Assembly: GCA_964016885.1 (NCBI GenBank)
Contig: OZ024740.1
Location: forward strand, 299,522,001 to 299,586,000
Origin: Eledone cirrhosa
Lineage: Eukaryota
Length of the DNA stretch: 64,000 nt
Reading direction: 5' to 3'
In this document: positions 41,947-54,692 of the stretch, one piece after another
Position numbering within the stretch: position 1 is the first letter of the stretch
How the letters are laid out: each line of letters starts with the position of its first letter
The notes under the pieces: model-generated
Databases searched by the model: none
Seen by the model: the letters and a program-made list of their open reading frames with translations, nothing else
Told to the model about the DNA's origin: nothing
Program-made: the position numbers and the translations under genes

Positions 41947-42914
41947 TCGAAATATAATAAGTGAATGTAATAGATAAAATCCATGGCTGAAAATCAAAGA
42001 CCCGAGGGCGATATCACTCGGAGTGATGGGCTGCCCAAGCTTGTAGTCGGCGCATGCTGTTTGACGGCTAAACAAAGACATAATCTTTACTCTATAATAA
42101 AATTTAAATGTCTTCATAAAAGACCCTTTCTTTGCTTAAACCTCGCAACCTTAAAAATGTTAAACTGTTTAAATTTAAATTTTCTAATTTCTTTAATTTT
42201 ATAATGTTAATATTAAATATTAATTTTTTAACTTCATCCTATAAGTCTAAACAAAAACGTAACGTTCCAATCTTCTGCTCACACATTATAACACACTGAC
42301 CCCCACTATATTTACCTCTGCTAAGATACGGGTCCCTGTGAAAAATTTTTTCGCGCCATTCCTGGCATTAATATCGACCTTTCTTCCTCTTTCTTTCTAT
42401 CTTTCTTCTTGTAGCCATCAACCCTGACTTTTCTACTTCTTCCTTTTCTTCCTCCTCTTCCCACTTCTTTCTGTCTTCCTCCCGCTGACTTATCTTCCTT
42501 CCCCTTTTTGTTTGCCTATATTTGACCGGTAGTAGTTGTTAAGATACGGGTCCCTTAGAATAAAAAAAAACATTTTTCGCGTCAATCCTGGCCTGACTGT
42601 AATACCGACCTTTCCTCCTCTTTCTGTCTTTCTTCTTATAGCTGACATTACCCTGTCTTCTCTTCTTCTTCCGTCCCCTACTTCTCTCTTCTTTCTTTCT
42701 TTCTTTCTTTTTTCTTGTGTCATGATATTAACGCTAACTTATGTTCCTATCCCTTTCTGTTTTCCTTTATTTGACCGGTAGTAGCACACTGTAAGCTTTA
42801 GCCACGTCACTCGAGGGCGACCGGCAAAGGTAGAAGATGCTGGATGGCGGTCGCCCTAGGGTCTTTGATTTTCAGCCCCATGGATTTTATCTATTACATT
42901 CACTTATATTTCGA

Positions 42915-42972
42915 ATACCTGATGATATCACCGGTTTCATAGGGAACCCGGTCATTGAAATGATCATAGTAT
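42915..42972 (+). ncRNA. type I hammerhead ribozyme
   Basis: atac-CTGATGA-tatcaccggtttcatagggaacccggtcatt-GAAA-tgatca-TA-gtat. Confidence 0.88.
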
Positions 42973-43199
42973 AATAAACCTTTCAAGGATTTACACAAAT
43001 CCAGCCTCCTGTCATTTCATTATTATATATATATATATAATAGGCACCTGTTTTACGTGTGTTGTATTGAAGTGAATAACTGTGTGTATACACTGGGAAT
43101 GTATCTTACATTGCCCATAGAGTACGCTGAGATACAACCGGTCCTGGCATTGATAAATATGCTGGGTCCGTCAACTCCTTATTATATATATATATGATT

Positions 43200-43233
<34 letters not shown>

Positions 43234-43237
43234 GATT

Positions 43238-43281
<44 letters not shown>

Positions 43282-43282
43282 G

Positions 43283-43333
<51 letters not shown>

Positions 43334-43665
43334 GTTTACCGAATTCACGGACTGGACTCCTTCTTCTGTGCGGAATTCCTTCCTTGCTCACATTTCGACT
43401 AGGTTTGATGGTCTTTATTCTCTCTGGTTCACTATTTCACCGAACTTATATTCATGGAAATCTGGGACTTGACTCTTTCTTCCTCACTTTTCGTTGCTTT
43501 ACCATCTTTGTTTGTTTACAGTCTCGCTCGTTCCCCTTATTTACGTGTCCCAATGACTTTCTTTAGCCGTTGCTAGCACCAACCGGAGGTATATGGTCTT
43601 TAAAGCGATGAAATACCAATGATGGTTGGAAGATCACTGATGAAGGACTAACTTGTTCTCATATT

Positions 43666-43763
<98 letters not shown>

Positions 43764-43777
43764 GATAGAGATTGATG

Positions 43778-43833
<56 letters not shown>

Positions 43834-44053
43834 GTGCATTTAAAAATATAAATGTAATATTGCATATAGGATTATACATATATAGATATATTAGAAAGTG
43901 TTGGCCCCTTGCGGCTGAGCTCTTACTGTTGCAACATTTCAACAACTAATTCTAGACTCGAAATGATCAGAGCTCACCCGCCGGGCATCCACTCTAGTCA
44001 CACTCTACTCTCCCAATTAACGAGTACTATGATGAATTTAACACTGGTTTAAT

Positions 44054-44134
<81 letters not shown>

Positions 44135-44193
44135 TAAAAAAATAATGAATAAAACAATGAAACAGTTCCTTATATTAAACAAAAAAAGTTCAT

Positions 44194-44337
44194 TATTTAA
44201 CGATCGTTTCTAGGATATATATGTGTTAGAATTGGCATGCATATTCAACAGATCTATGTACAAAATTATACAAAATTATACAAACTATCAAAATTAAATA
44301 TACATACCAACACATATATATGCCGTCTTCAGAAATA
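44194..44337 (-). ncRNA. hammerhead with long stem II
   Basis: Reverse complement of 44371-44514. Confidence 0.75.
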
Positions 44338-44370
44338 TTTCTGAAGACGGCATATATATGTGTTGGTATT

Positions 44371-44514
44371 TATTTCTGAAGACGGCATATATATGTGTTG
44401 GTATGTATATTTAATTTTGATAGTTTGTATAATTTTGTATAATTTTGTACATAGATCTGTTGAATATGCATGCCAATTCTAACACATATATATCCTAGAA
44501 ACGATCGTTAAATA
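44371..44514 (+). ncRNA. hammerhead with long stem II
   Basis: tattt-CTGAAGA-cggcatatatatgtgttgg...ctaacacatatatatccta-GAAA-cgatcg-TT-aaata. Confidence 0.75.
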
Positions 44515-44713
44515 ATGAACTTTTTTTGTTTAATATAAGGAACTGTTTCATTGTTTTATTAATTATTTTTTTAATATTTTATCTTGACTCTGTATTCCGT
44601 TTATCTTTCACCGAAAGTGATTTTTCATTGCATCTCTTCTTTCCATGATATCCGGATTACATTGAGTTCTTCATACGGATTGGACACTACCGTAAACTCT
44701 TGGTAGATTTATC

Positions 44714-44783
<70 letters not shown>

Positions 44784-45019
44784 CGTGTGTGTACCCATGT
44801 ATGTCACCTTACATATATATCTTTAGAAGCAGATATTAAATGGAAATACCTATGTGCGCATATGTCTGTTTTTAGAATAACATTTTTGCATTTCATGCAC
44901 AGGTTAATTTTGATACATACAGAAACGCACACAGCCCTACACATACGCACATATACTCATAATATTCACACATCCACTCACACGCACACACACATACACA
45001 CGCAGACACACACGCACAC

Positions 45020-45120
<101 letters not shown>

Positions 45121-45385
45121 CCAGTAACAGTTGATCTCTCCCCGGAAATATCTGCGAACTGTATCATAACTACGAAACAGTGAATCTGATGACATTTTTG
45201 GCTAGATTGTTACATAATTCATTCAATTTCTCAGATTCCTATGGTAGAACAATCATGTCGACCAGTTCCAGTAGGTTTGTTATCAAATTTATATTCGGTG
45301 ATTGTACTGGACATAGCAGACCTCAGGTTTTATCGCTTTTGTTAAATTTCTTGGTTGTTATCCAGAATATTTCGAGGCGATGTCG

Positions 45386-45522
45386 TCTTCTTCTTCTTCT
45401 TCTTCTTCTTCTTCTTCTTCTTCTTCTTCTTCTTCTTCTTCTTCTTCTTCTTCTTCTTCTTCTTCTTCTTCTTCTTCTTCTTCTTCTTCTTCTTCTTCTT
45501 CTTCTTCTTCTTCTTCTTCTTC
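45386..45522. repeat. (CTT)n microsatellite
   Basis: Pure trinucleotide run. Confidence 0.97.
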
Positions 45523-46033
45523 TTTCTTGCTTGAGGTCTAACTCTGCGTCTCCTGCTGGTTGGTTTTCTCCGAAAAACCTGTTCAGCGATACTGTTAGGG
45601 AGTTATTAATATGACCGGCGAAAATGATTTTCGAGATATAGATGCGACGTCATTTCCAAGATCTCCAAATAGCCTGCACCGTGTAAGGTGTCTTTGATTT
45701 GATATATGTGACCGTCATATGTCAGTTATCCAAATATATAACTCAAATTCATTACATTTTTATCAGTATGATTAACTCTCGGCCTCTTTCCCTTTGAGTG
45801 AATTTCTTCAGCGTCGGCCGTACACTCAGTCGTCGTCAGATTGAAACACATTCAATTTCAAATCGTTTAACTTGACGAATGTTTTATCATTTGAATAACG
45901 TCCAATTCGTCTACTCCTGTGCAAACCGAATGAATATACCTCGATTTACTCGGAATTATATAATTTCTATTCGTGTTCTCCAAGCAGAAATATTTTAGTT
46001 GAATTTTCATGTTAATGCCACCAATGTGTATAT

Positions 46034-46218
46034 AATTGTTTCTACTTTAGGTACAAGGCCAGCAATTACCCAGTGCATTACTGGTACTTTATTTTATCGA
46101 CTCCGTAAGGGTGAAAGGCAAAGTCAACCTCGGCGGGATTTGAATTCAGATCGTAAAGGGACGTAACTATGCTGGAAAGCATGGCGTCCGATCCCCTACC
46201 GATACTGCCAATCCACCG
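46034..46218 (-). mobile_element. octopod SINE
   Basis: Full family consensus. Confidence 0.9.
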
Positions 46219-46589
46219 AATGTTACCGCAGATCGTTATTCGAAATATCAACGACTATAAATCATCGTCGAGGTTCGTGTGTGTGGATAATCCATCCATA
46301 AGTTATTCACTGAGTATATCTTAGGAAGATATAATCCAATAGTTAATAATTTGTATAAGAGATCAAAATAGTTTTCTAAATACTTTTTAATATTGCATCA
46401 GTCTAATTAGAAACTTCGAATTTCAACTTATATCATTGGACTGAGTATACTATTCATTTTCCAGTCATATAAACACATGTAAATGAAATCTCTACAGTTA
46501 AATCGTGGCCTTAAGTTTCGTCTTTAAACTAAATAAAACAGTCAGCCATTGTATGCGTGTGTTTTCTCACACAATGAGAGAGAGAGAGC

Positions 46590-46629
<40 letters not shown>

Positions 46630-46697
46630 GGGGGGAGAGAGAAAGGGAAGACACTCTCTCGCCCCCACATAGATGTGTATGTATGTGTGTGTGAGTG

Positions 46698-46730
<33 letters not shown>

Positions 46731-46744
46731 ATATATACATACAA

Positions 46745-46801
<57 letters not shown>

Positions 46802-46804
46802 CAA

Positions 46805-46853
<49 letters not shown>

Positions 46854-46886
46854 CACACACACACACATATATATATATATATGTAC

Positions 46887-46951
<65 letters not shown>

Positions 46952-47614
46952 TAAAGAGAAAGACAGAGAGAGTGGGAGATAAATGTATAGAAAAAGTGGG
47001 ATAGCAAGAAAGAAAGATGGGGAGAGAGATGTTGCAGAAAAAAAGAAGAAAGGTTGATAAGTGCAAAAGTATTATGTAAGTAGGGCAAATCTACTAGAGA
47101 GGAAGAAATGAGAAAGTGCCACGAAAGAAAGTGAGAAAGACAAAGATATCTAAAAAAAAAAGAGAGATTTGCTGAGATGAGGATTGTTGTAAAGACAACA
47201 GGATCGAAACACACGAGAAAACAAAAGTCAAAGAAAAATATAAAAGAACAAAAATATACAAAAGAGATAGCAAAATATTAAAGAGTTATAGGAAAAAATG
47301 TGATTCAGCATCTTAATTAATTTACGCTTTTCTTGCATTCTGTTACACGGCAGCTCGTACATTCCTACAACTATTACTACTTATTTATAATTTCATTATT
47401 TTTTTAAGGGGCCAATATCGACCCCAGCCTATATATTTTGACTGGTATCAATTTTAACAAACTTGGAAGTTGATATGGACATAGACATAAAATGATATTA
47501 ACATTCAGTAAAGGGACGTAATCAAAAACATGCATGTATCCAATGCTATACTGATTTACCAACCATCGCCCAGCCTTCAGTAACATACACACATACATTC
47601 TCATAAAACACACA

Positions 47615-47727
<113 letters not shown>

Positions 47728-47842
47728 TATGGAATCATATCTGCAAATATATATATATATATACGGATCTCTAATATATATGTAGGCATGTACAGATGAC
47801 AATATATACGAATTTCTCGGTAAATTGAAAAGCAATGATAAA

Positions 47843-47889
47843 CACGTTTAATCGATTTTCAGATCTAATTGGTCTTTCATCAGAAGGCG
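47843..47889 (-). ncRNA. minimal hammerhead ribozyme
   Basis: cgcctt-CTGATGA-aagaccaattagatct-GAAA-atcgat-TA-aacgtg. Confidence 0.75.
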
Positions 47890-48204
47890 TCTATATCATG
47901 AATCAACCACAAGGAAACAAGTATTTGATGGATTTGATACATATTCGCTCTTAGTATTTTTCTGAAATGGATGTAGTAATTTGCATAATATTAGCGCTCG
48001 TGTGGGTAATTAATTAAGGTATATATCAGTAAGTAAGTCTGCTATCAGCTGAAGTGTATGATAGCATGTCTAAATACAGAGTGTGTAACCGACACAGTAC
48101 CAACGTGAATAAATATGTATAAACATATTTAATATGTAGACATGCAATCATGCCAGAAAATACGAAATTCCTATCAAATACATATTTCCTCCTGTTAATT
48201 AATG

Positions 48205-48298
<94 letters not shown>

Positions 48299-48299
<1 letters not shown>

Positions 48300-48510
48300 A
48301 AAGTTCTATTTAAAATTGTTGGGATACAACAAGTAAATATTTTTATAACTGATATAAAGCACTCGACAAGTATTTGGAGTAGATATACGATATTAATAAA
48401 TGGAAACTATGTTTATAAAACCATATTTATTTCATTATTTATAAAACAATATTTGTATGTATAATGAAATAAATATGGTTTTATAAATATAGTTTCCATT
48501 TATTAATATC

Positions 48511-48513
<3 letters not shown>
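48299..48513 (-). mobile_element. solo pLTR of the 59168-63288 PLE family with short inverted arm
   Basis: 48299-48437 matches 59170-59307; 48461-48513 is its inversion; (TA)n both sides. Confidence 0.85.
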
Positions 48514-48598
<85 letters not shown>

Positions 48599-48606
48599 GT
48601 ATATAT

Positions 48607-48646
48607 ACCTTCTGATGAGTGTCCAATTAGATCAGAAAATTGATTC
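48607..48646 (+). ncRNA. hammerhead fragment (family of 47843-47889), no stem I 3' strand
   Basis: cctt-CTGATGA-gtgtccaattagatca-GAAA-attgat-TC. Confidence 0.5.
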
Positions 48647-50027
48647 TGTGATCTCCACAGGAACTGATTTGTTATTTGTGTCAGACTTAGAACAGAACAA
48701 AGGAGAGACACAAAATAACAAATCACTCACTGAGGAGGTCACAGAATGTGTGACGAAAAAGACCTTTGACAACATATAAACAACCATCCAGTTATTGAAA
48801 CAACGTACTGGAATTTTGAAATAAATTGAAGTGAAAAGCATCAGGTACATGCGTTTTTATTGGCAGCATGACCCTCGCAAACTACCCAATATATATATGA
48901 AGAGACCAAGAGGGTGAATGCATTTAGCATTCGCCATACATATTCGTATGTTAATTTGTTTATATTAGTGTGGTTAAGCATGCATTCGAAAAATCACAAG
49001 TTTTCAATATTATAGAATCTGTAAAAACTTTCGCTTGGCTATGTTCTGGGATCACGATATATGTGAACTTATTTTGCAGTTTAATTGTTGATTGTCATTT
49101 TTCTTAAATATTAAAATATATTAGTAAACAAAAAAGCAATTAAACCTCTCTATATATAACATTTAAATGGGGTAATTTGTTTTCGGGATTCGATGAATGT
49201 TTTATATTAGTGGTTGATCATATATAGCGAATAAATGCTCTCCTGATTGATTTTACAGGTTAAAGAGTAATTATCAAGTTGGCAGCAAATTTAAATAAAC
49301 AAGCAGATAATGTTTGTTTATTCAATTAAAAATTATTGCCATTTTTATTTCGGATGACACGAGAAAAAATATTATTATAGTCAAGTCATTTTGACTTTGT
49401 TTTTGTGAGCGCGGGTGTCAGGCTGCTTAGGTTCAGAGTTACAAAATTTACCCCGTGGCTATACTAGTCTTTTTAGAAAAGACGCTAACCAGTCTGTAAT
49501 GAGTTGATTTAATTAGCCATGAGTGGCATCCTGCTATGCGTGATGTTGTAAAACAACGTAATATCTTGCAAGTGCCTTAAGTAACAAAGTGAATTACATT
49601 GAAAACGGGTTATCAAGGCGTTGTTCGTCTTTGTTTACACTTCTGTGATTGCATGTACATATACATACACATACGAGTACATAGTCATGTAGAATCCATG
49701 ATGTTTATGCTGTACTAATGTATTGAGTACCTTTCTATGTGTGGTTACCGCTGATCTCGCTCAGGATCTACACACACAAACACACACGTACACACACACA
49801 TACACACAAACCCACATATGTATTTCCGTAGAAGAGGTAATGGAAAGAAGAGTTCTCTATGTATAGTAAAGAGCAATTTAATTATATAATAAACAAAATA
49901 ATATAATAATTCCCTTACTTAAAACTTCTTGAAACTAGACGATCTTAACAGAAACGCCCAGCACGCTCATCAGATGAAATATTTCATAACCTAGGTAATG
50001 AAAAATTATATTGTGTTGTTTATTATG

Positions 50028-50083
<56 letters not shown>

Positions 50084-50109
50084 TGTCAATATCTTATCAC
50101 CAAATATTA

Positions 50110-50168
50110 TATTTTATCTGATGAAAGCACACTAAAATTGATGTCCTTGAAATACGTATAATAAAATA
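50110..50168 (+). ncRNA. minimal hammerhead ribozyme in a ~125-bp microsatellite-flanked module
   Basis: tattttat-CTGATGA-aagcac...gtcctt-GAAA-tacgta-TA-ataaaata. Confidence 0.85.
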
Positions 50169-50203
50169 AATATGCTATTTATTGCCATTTATTAATATTG
50201 TTA

Positions 50204-50264
<61 letters not shown>

Positions 50265-50546
50265 TATATAAACGGAAAAAATGAAACGAAATTTCATTTC
50301 TCACTCTTAGTACGGCTGTTACTTAAATATAAGTATGTATACGTACATATATATATATGTATACAGACGTAGAGTAGTATGTATATATATATACATACAT
50401 GCACACCTATATAGATGTACGTATGGATTCACCGAACATTTATTATAATGCTCGGTGTGTTTGTAAACAAACATCCCGAATTAAGCCGTACAGTGTCTAG
50501 CAACCATCGTTGCTCATTTGTTCAACAATGACAAAGGAACAATGGA

Positions 50547-50589
50547 ACGCTGTACTAGTTTCAAGCTTATTAGCTATCGTCAGCAACGT
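50547..50589 (-). ncRNA. minimal hammerhead ribozyme
   Basis: acgttg-CTGACGA-tagctaataagctt-GAAA-ctag-TA-cagcgt. Confidence 0.85.
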
Positions 50590-50739
50590 ATACCTTCCTG
50601 CCAGATGATTGAGCGTTTATCGTTTTCGGTGCGCCCGACCAGTTTAACTCACTCTATATGCAAATTAGGCTGCTCAGCCATTAATATGCATAAGGAAAGT
50701 ATATACTTTCAGATGTTCAATCATCTGGCAGGAAGGTAT

Positions 50740-50782
50740 GCGTTGCTGACGATAGCTAATAAGCTTGAAACTAGTAGAGCGT
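50740..50782 (+). ncRNA. minimal hammerhead ribozyme
   Basis: gcgttg-CTGACGA-tagctaataagctt-GAAA-ctag-TA-gagcgt (one stem I mismatch). Confidence 0.75.
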
Positions 50783-50985
50783 TCCTTTGTCAGTGTTGAA
50801 CAAATGAGCAACGATGGTTGCTAGACACTGTACGGCTTAATTCGGGAAGTTTGTTTACAAACACACCGAGCATTATAATAAATGTTCGGTGAATCCATAC
50901 GTACATATATATATGTGTGCATGTATGTATATATATATACATACTACTGTACGTCTGTATACATATATGTATGTACGTATACATA

Positions 50986-51069
<84 letters not shown>

Positions 51070-51084
51070 TATATATATATGTAT

Positions 51085-51216
51085 AAAACAAAGAAAGTGT
51101 GGTAAGAAACCAGGTGGACCATAACGCACCAGATTACTCGATACTTAGGGTAGTAAACTGGGTAATAGGAAAAGAGTCAGGGCCCCGACGGCTAAGCTCC
51201 GGCCGTTTCGACTAGC
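51085..51216 (-). mobile_element. member of the 2806-3067 module family, truncated by a SINE
   Basis: Reverse complement matches the tail at 2990-3050 and 59050-59125 plus arm gtcgaaacggccggagc. Confidence 0.7.
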
Positions 51217-51476
51217 TGGTACTTTATTTTATCGACCCCGTAAGGATGAAAGGCAAAGTCAACCTCGGCGGGATTTGAACTCAGATCGTAAAGGGACGTA
51301 ACTATGCTGGAAAGCATGGCGTCCGACCCTCTACCGATACTGCCAATCCACCGCCAGCTGATAATAATAATAATTGTTTCTACTTTAGGCACAAGGCCAG
51401 CAATTACCCAGTTCATTACTGGTACTTTATTTTATCGACCCCGTAAGGATGAAAGGCAAAGTCAACCTCGGCGGGA
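51216..51476 (-). mobile_element. two tandem octopod SINE copies
   Basis: 51216-51355 and 51373-51476 separated by (ATA)n. Confidence 0.88.
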
Positions 51477-51834
51477 TAATAATAATGATAAGCAACAAGT
51501 CGAAACAAATTTCAAAAGTTTTCAACGCAACAGCCCTACTTCTCAGGAAGCTAAATTAAAAAAAAATAAAAATTCAAAACAGCACAGCAGCAACGAAAAA
51601 CGTAAAGAAAAGAAAAACAAACAAACAAACAAACAAACAAAAAAACTAAGTCAGGCATTCAAACATTACATTACAATGAAACTTATGCTTATTTTTTTAA
51701 GTTTTTACCTATTTATTTGTTTATTTATTTATGTTCGTCTACAGCGTGATAATGCCACGCTAAAATCACCGGGGGTGATCAAATCACTGGGGGTGATGAA
51801 ATCACCGGTGGTTATGTAACCATATATTCACCAA

Positions 51835-54655
51835 TCCTCGATATGAGTGTCTAAATGTCGAACCTAAACAGTTCGAATAACGGTGAAGTGGAGACTGGAA
51901 TGTCATGTGACAGACTCTCACCCAGCAGGTGCTCCCTGGCCCAGCAGCAGGGACCTGGCTGTCATCCAAATACTGCCGGTATTGGCGGAATAAGAAAAAG
52001 GAAAGGGACCAGAACCAACTAGACGAAAGAATTGAATAGAACTGTTATGCAATGTTACCTGAAGAGTAACCTCAAGGAAAAGGCTATAGGAAACAGATGC
52101 ATATAATCTGGAACGAGATTGGTCTATTTAAATTAGATGAACAAAAATTGGCCAGGCAGGCTCGGGTAATAAGAACTAAGGGTGGATAAGCGAGCTGGAA
52201 CTGGAGGAACTCAGCAGAGAGATTAGATTGAAAATAGAGAGTGGAGTATGCCAGGCAAACGAGCCAGTGGGAAATGAAGGTGAAGAGGTTGAGAGAACGG
52301 AGGAAGCATCCGAAGCAGACGATGGTCTGAATGCTGAACTAAATAATACCTGGAACAAAGATACGGCCATTGAGGAAATGAATGCTGACGGGCTAGGACA
52401 AGATTTGGTTGATATCCTAAACTTAGTGGTAGATGAAATGAACAATGATAGTGGAAAACCTATTAACCTAAGAATTGTAGACAGGAAAAAGTTAAAAGAA
52501 ACAACAGCTAAGGTAAACAAAGTCATCCCATACCTTGAGGCGAGGAACCTTCACCAGTGAAACAATATCCTCAAAGCAACAGCAAATGCGGTGAGGAAAT
52601 TACTTGGCATAAAAGCGAGATCATAACCTTGGTGGAAGAAACGACTGAATGGTCAAATCAGGGAAATGAGAAATGACATTGGAAAGCTTGAGTCCCTACT
52701 GAATGGGACACTAAAAAACATAGACAGTAAAAATAGATTGGAAATAAAGTACAAAACTAGGAGGAAAAAGCTAAATATTATCATAGAGAAACTGAAGCAA
52801 CGCATTGTAGCAAAAAGTGCAAAGATTTGGCGCTATGAGAGCAGAGTCAGTCAGTATAGACAGAACCGCATGTTTGACAACAACCAGAAGATGTTGTTTG
52901 GACAGCTTGAAGGGAAAGAAAGAGGCAACGACTTGATCCCTGAGGCGGAACAGACTAAGGCATTCTTGAGAGGAATATGGGAGCAGGATGTTGAACATAA
53001 TGATCAGGCAGTGTCGATTGAGACAGTACAAAAGGAGGTTAGTGAACAAACACACCAACAAACTGATTTGAGTATCACAGTTGAAACTCTCAAGGGGCAG
53101 GCCAAAAAAACTAACTAACTGTAAATCACCAGCCCCAGATGGTGTGCAGGGGTATTGGATTAAAAATATAACAACCCTCCACCCGAAACTGACCACCATG
53201 TTCAATGACTGCTTGATGTCGAGTGAGTTACCAGAGTGGTTGACAAAAGGTACCACAGTTCTGGTAATGAAAGATCGAATCAAGGGTAGTGATGTTGCCA
53301 ATTATAGACCTATCACATGTCTGTCTGTAATGTGGAAACTGAAGAGGGATACAAATATTTAGGCGTTCTGGAGGCAGATGACATCAAGAACAAAACAATG
53401 AAGGATTGATAAGATCTAAGTACATTAGGAGAGTAACCAGCGTATTAAAATCACATCTAAATAGTAGGAATGTCATAAGTTCACTGAATTCCCGAGCTAT
53501 GTCTATTATCAGGTACAGTGCGGAAATTCTGAGATGGAATGTTGCTGAACAAAAAGAAATGGATAGGAAGACTAGGAAGCTATTGATTATCTACAACAGA
53601 TTCCACAAAAGGAGTGATGTCGATAGACTCTACTTAAGGAGATCTGAAGGTGGAAGAGATCTTATCAGCATAGAGGACTGTGTTCAGATGGAGTAAAATA
53701 ACCTACACAAATACGTGACTGATAGTAGGGAGTCAATGCTCAGAATTGTATTGAAGGAGAGGACAATAGACCAGGGGATGTCCAAGGAGGAAATAACAAC
53801 AAGGAGAAAGAGCAACCTTCATGAAAAATCCCTTCATCGTGCCTTCTTTGAGAAAACTGAATTTAGAGAACCACAGACATGGAACTGGTTGAAAAGAAGA
53901 GACCTTAAAAAGGCTACAGAAGGAATGCTAATGGCTGCGCAAGAGCAGGCCCTCAAAACGAAGTGGGTGAAACACCATATTTACAAGGAGGAGGCTATCC
54001 CACTGTGTAGGATCTGTAGAGAGAGAGAGAAGACTGTGGCTCACATTGTATCCGAGTGTAAACACCTAGCCCAGACTCACTATAAAGGCTGGAGACACGA
54101 TATGATGGGCAGGGTGATCCACTGGCACCTATGCAAAGTAAACAATTTACCACATTCTGAGAAGTGTTATGAGCATAAGCCAGAGTCGGTGATGGAAAAC
54201 GATCAGGTGAAGGTGCTGTGGGATTTTAGGATACAGACGGACAAGAAACTGGAATACAATAGACCTGACCTGGTGGTTTTAGACAAGGGAAAAAGATCGT
54301 GCCTGATTGTGGATGTAGCCTGCCCATTCGACACGAGATTGCAAGGGAAGGAGAAGGAGAAAATTAACCGATACTAGGACTTAAAGTGGGAGGTAAAAAG
54401 GATTTGGGACTGCCATGAGGTCAAAGTTGTCCCGATTGTCATAGCTGCACTAGGTACTATCTCAAAGAGTTTCCAAGGATGGTTAAAGAAAATTGGTCCC
54501 GCCCCGCTTTTTGGAACACTTCAAAAGGCATGCCTGCTGGGAACAGCAAGAACCCTCCGATACGTCCTGAATATCTGAGGCTGCAGGTAGTGGCATGCTA
54601 TTCATTTCAACAAACTTTCCAGTTAAATAACATAAATGAGTGAGACTCAAAGAAC
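51835..54655 (+). mobile_element. R4/Dong-clade RLE non-LTR retrotransposon, decayed, RT core deleted, followed by (TAA)n
   Basis: KSPAPDGVQGYWIK, NYRPITCLSVMWKL, YKYLGV, RLYLRRSEGGRDL, CRIC..TVAHIVSEC, RHD, LWDF.IQTD..RPDLV..VDVACPFD..KEKINRY. Confidence 0.9.

Positions 54656-54688
<33 letters not shown>

Positions 54689-54692
<4 letters not shown>

Larger units (their letters stand above)
44128..44705 (+). mobile_element. spacer-less palindromic fold-back element with hammerheads
   Basis: 44128-44336 mirrors 44337-44581 about cagaaat|atttctg, with a 35-bp duplication at the apex; tail to (TA)n. Confidence 0.88.
50270..50990 (-). mobile_element. fold-back element, second member of the 16741-17405 family
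   Basis: Arms ~50329-50612 / 50717-50990, tail 50270-50328 on the left. Confidence 0.88.

Noticed and set aside
43636-43665. CTGATGA followed by a short stem
   Set aside because: Cut off by microsatellite; no GAAA half
45640-45820. Minus-strand cgacg-CTGAAGA ... GAAA-tga-cgtcg
   Set aside because: No stem III or UH between GAAA and the putative stem I; spacing unconvincing
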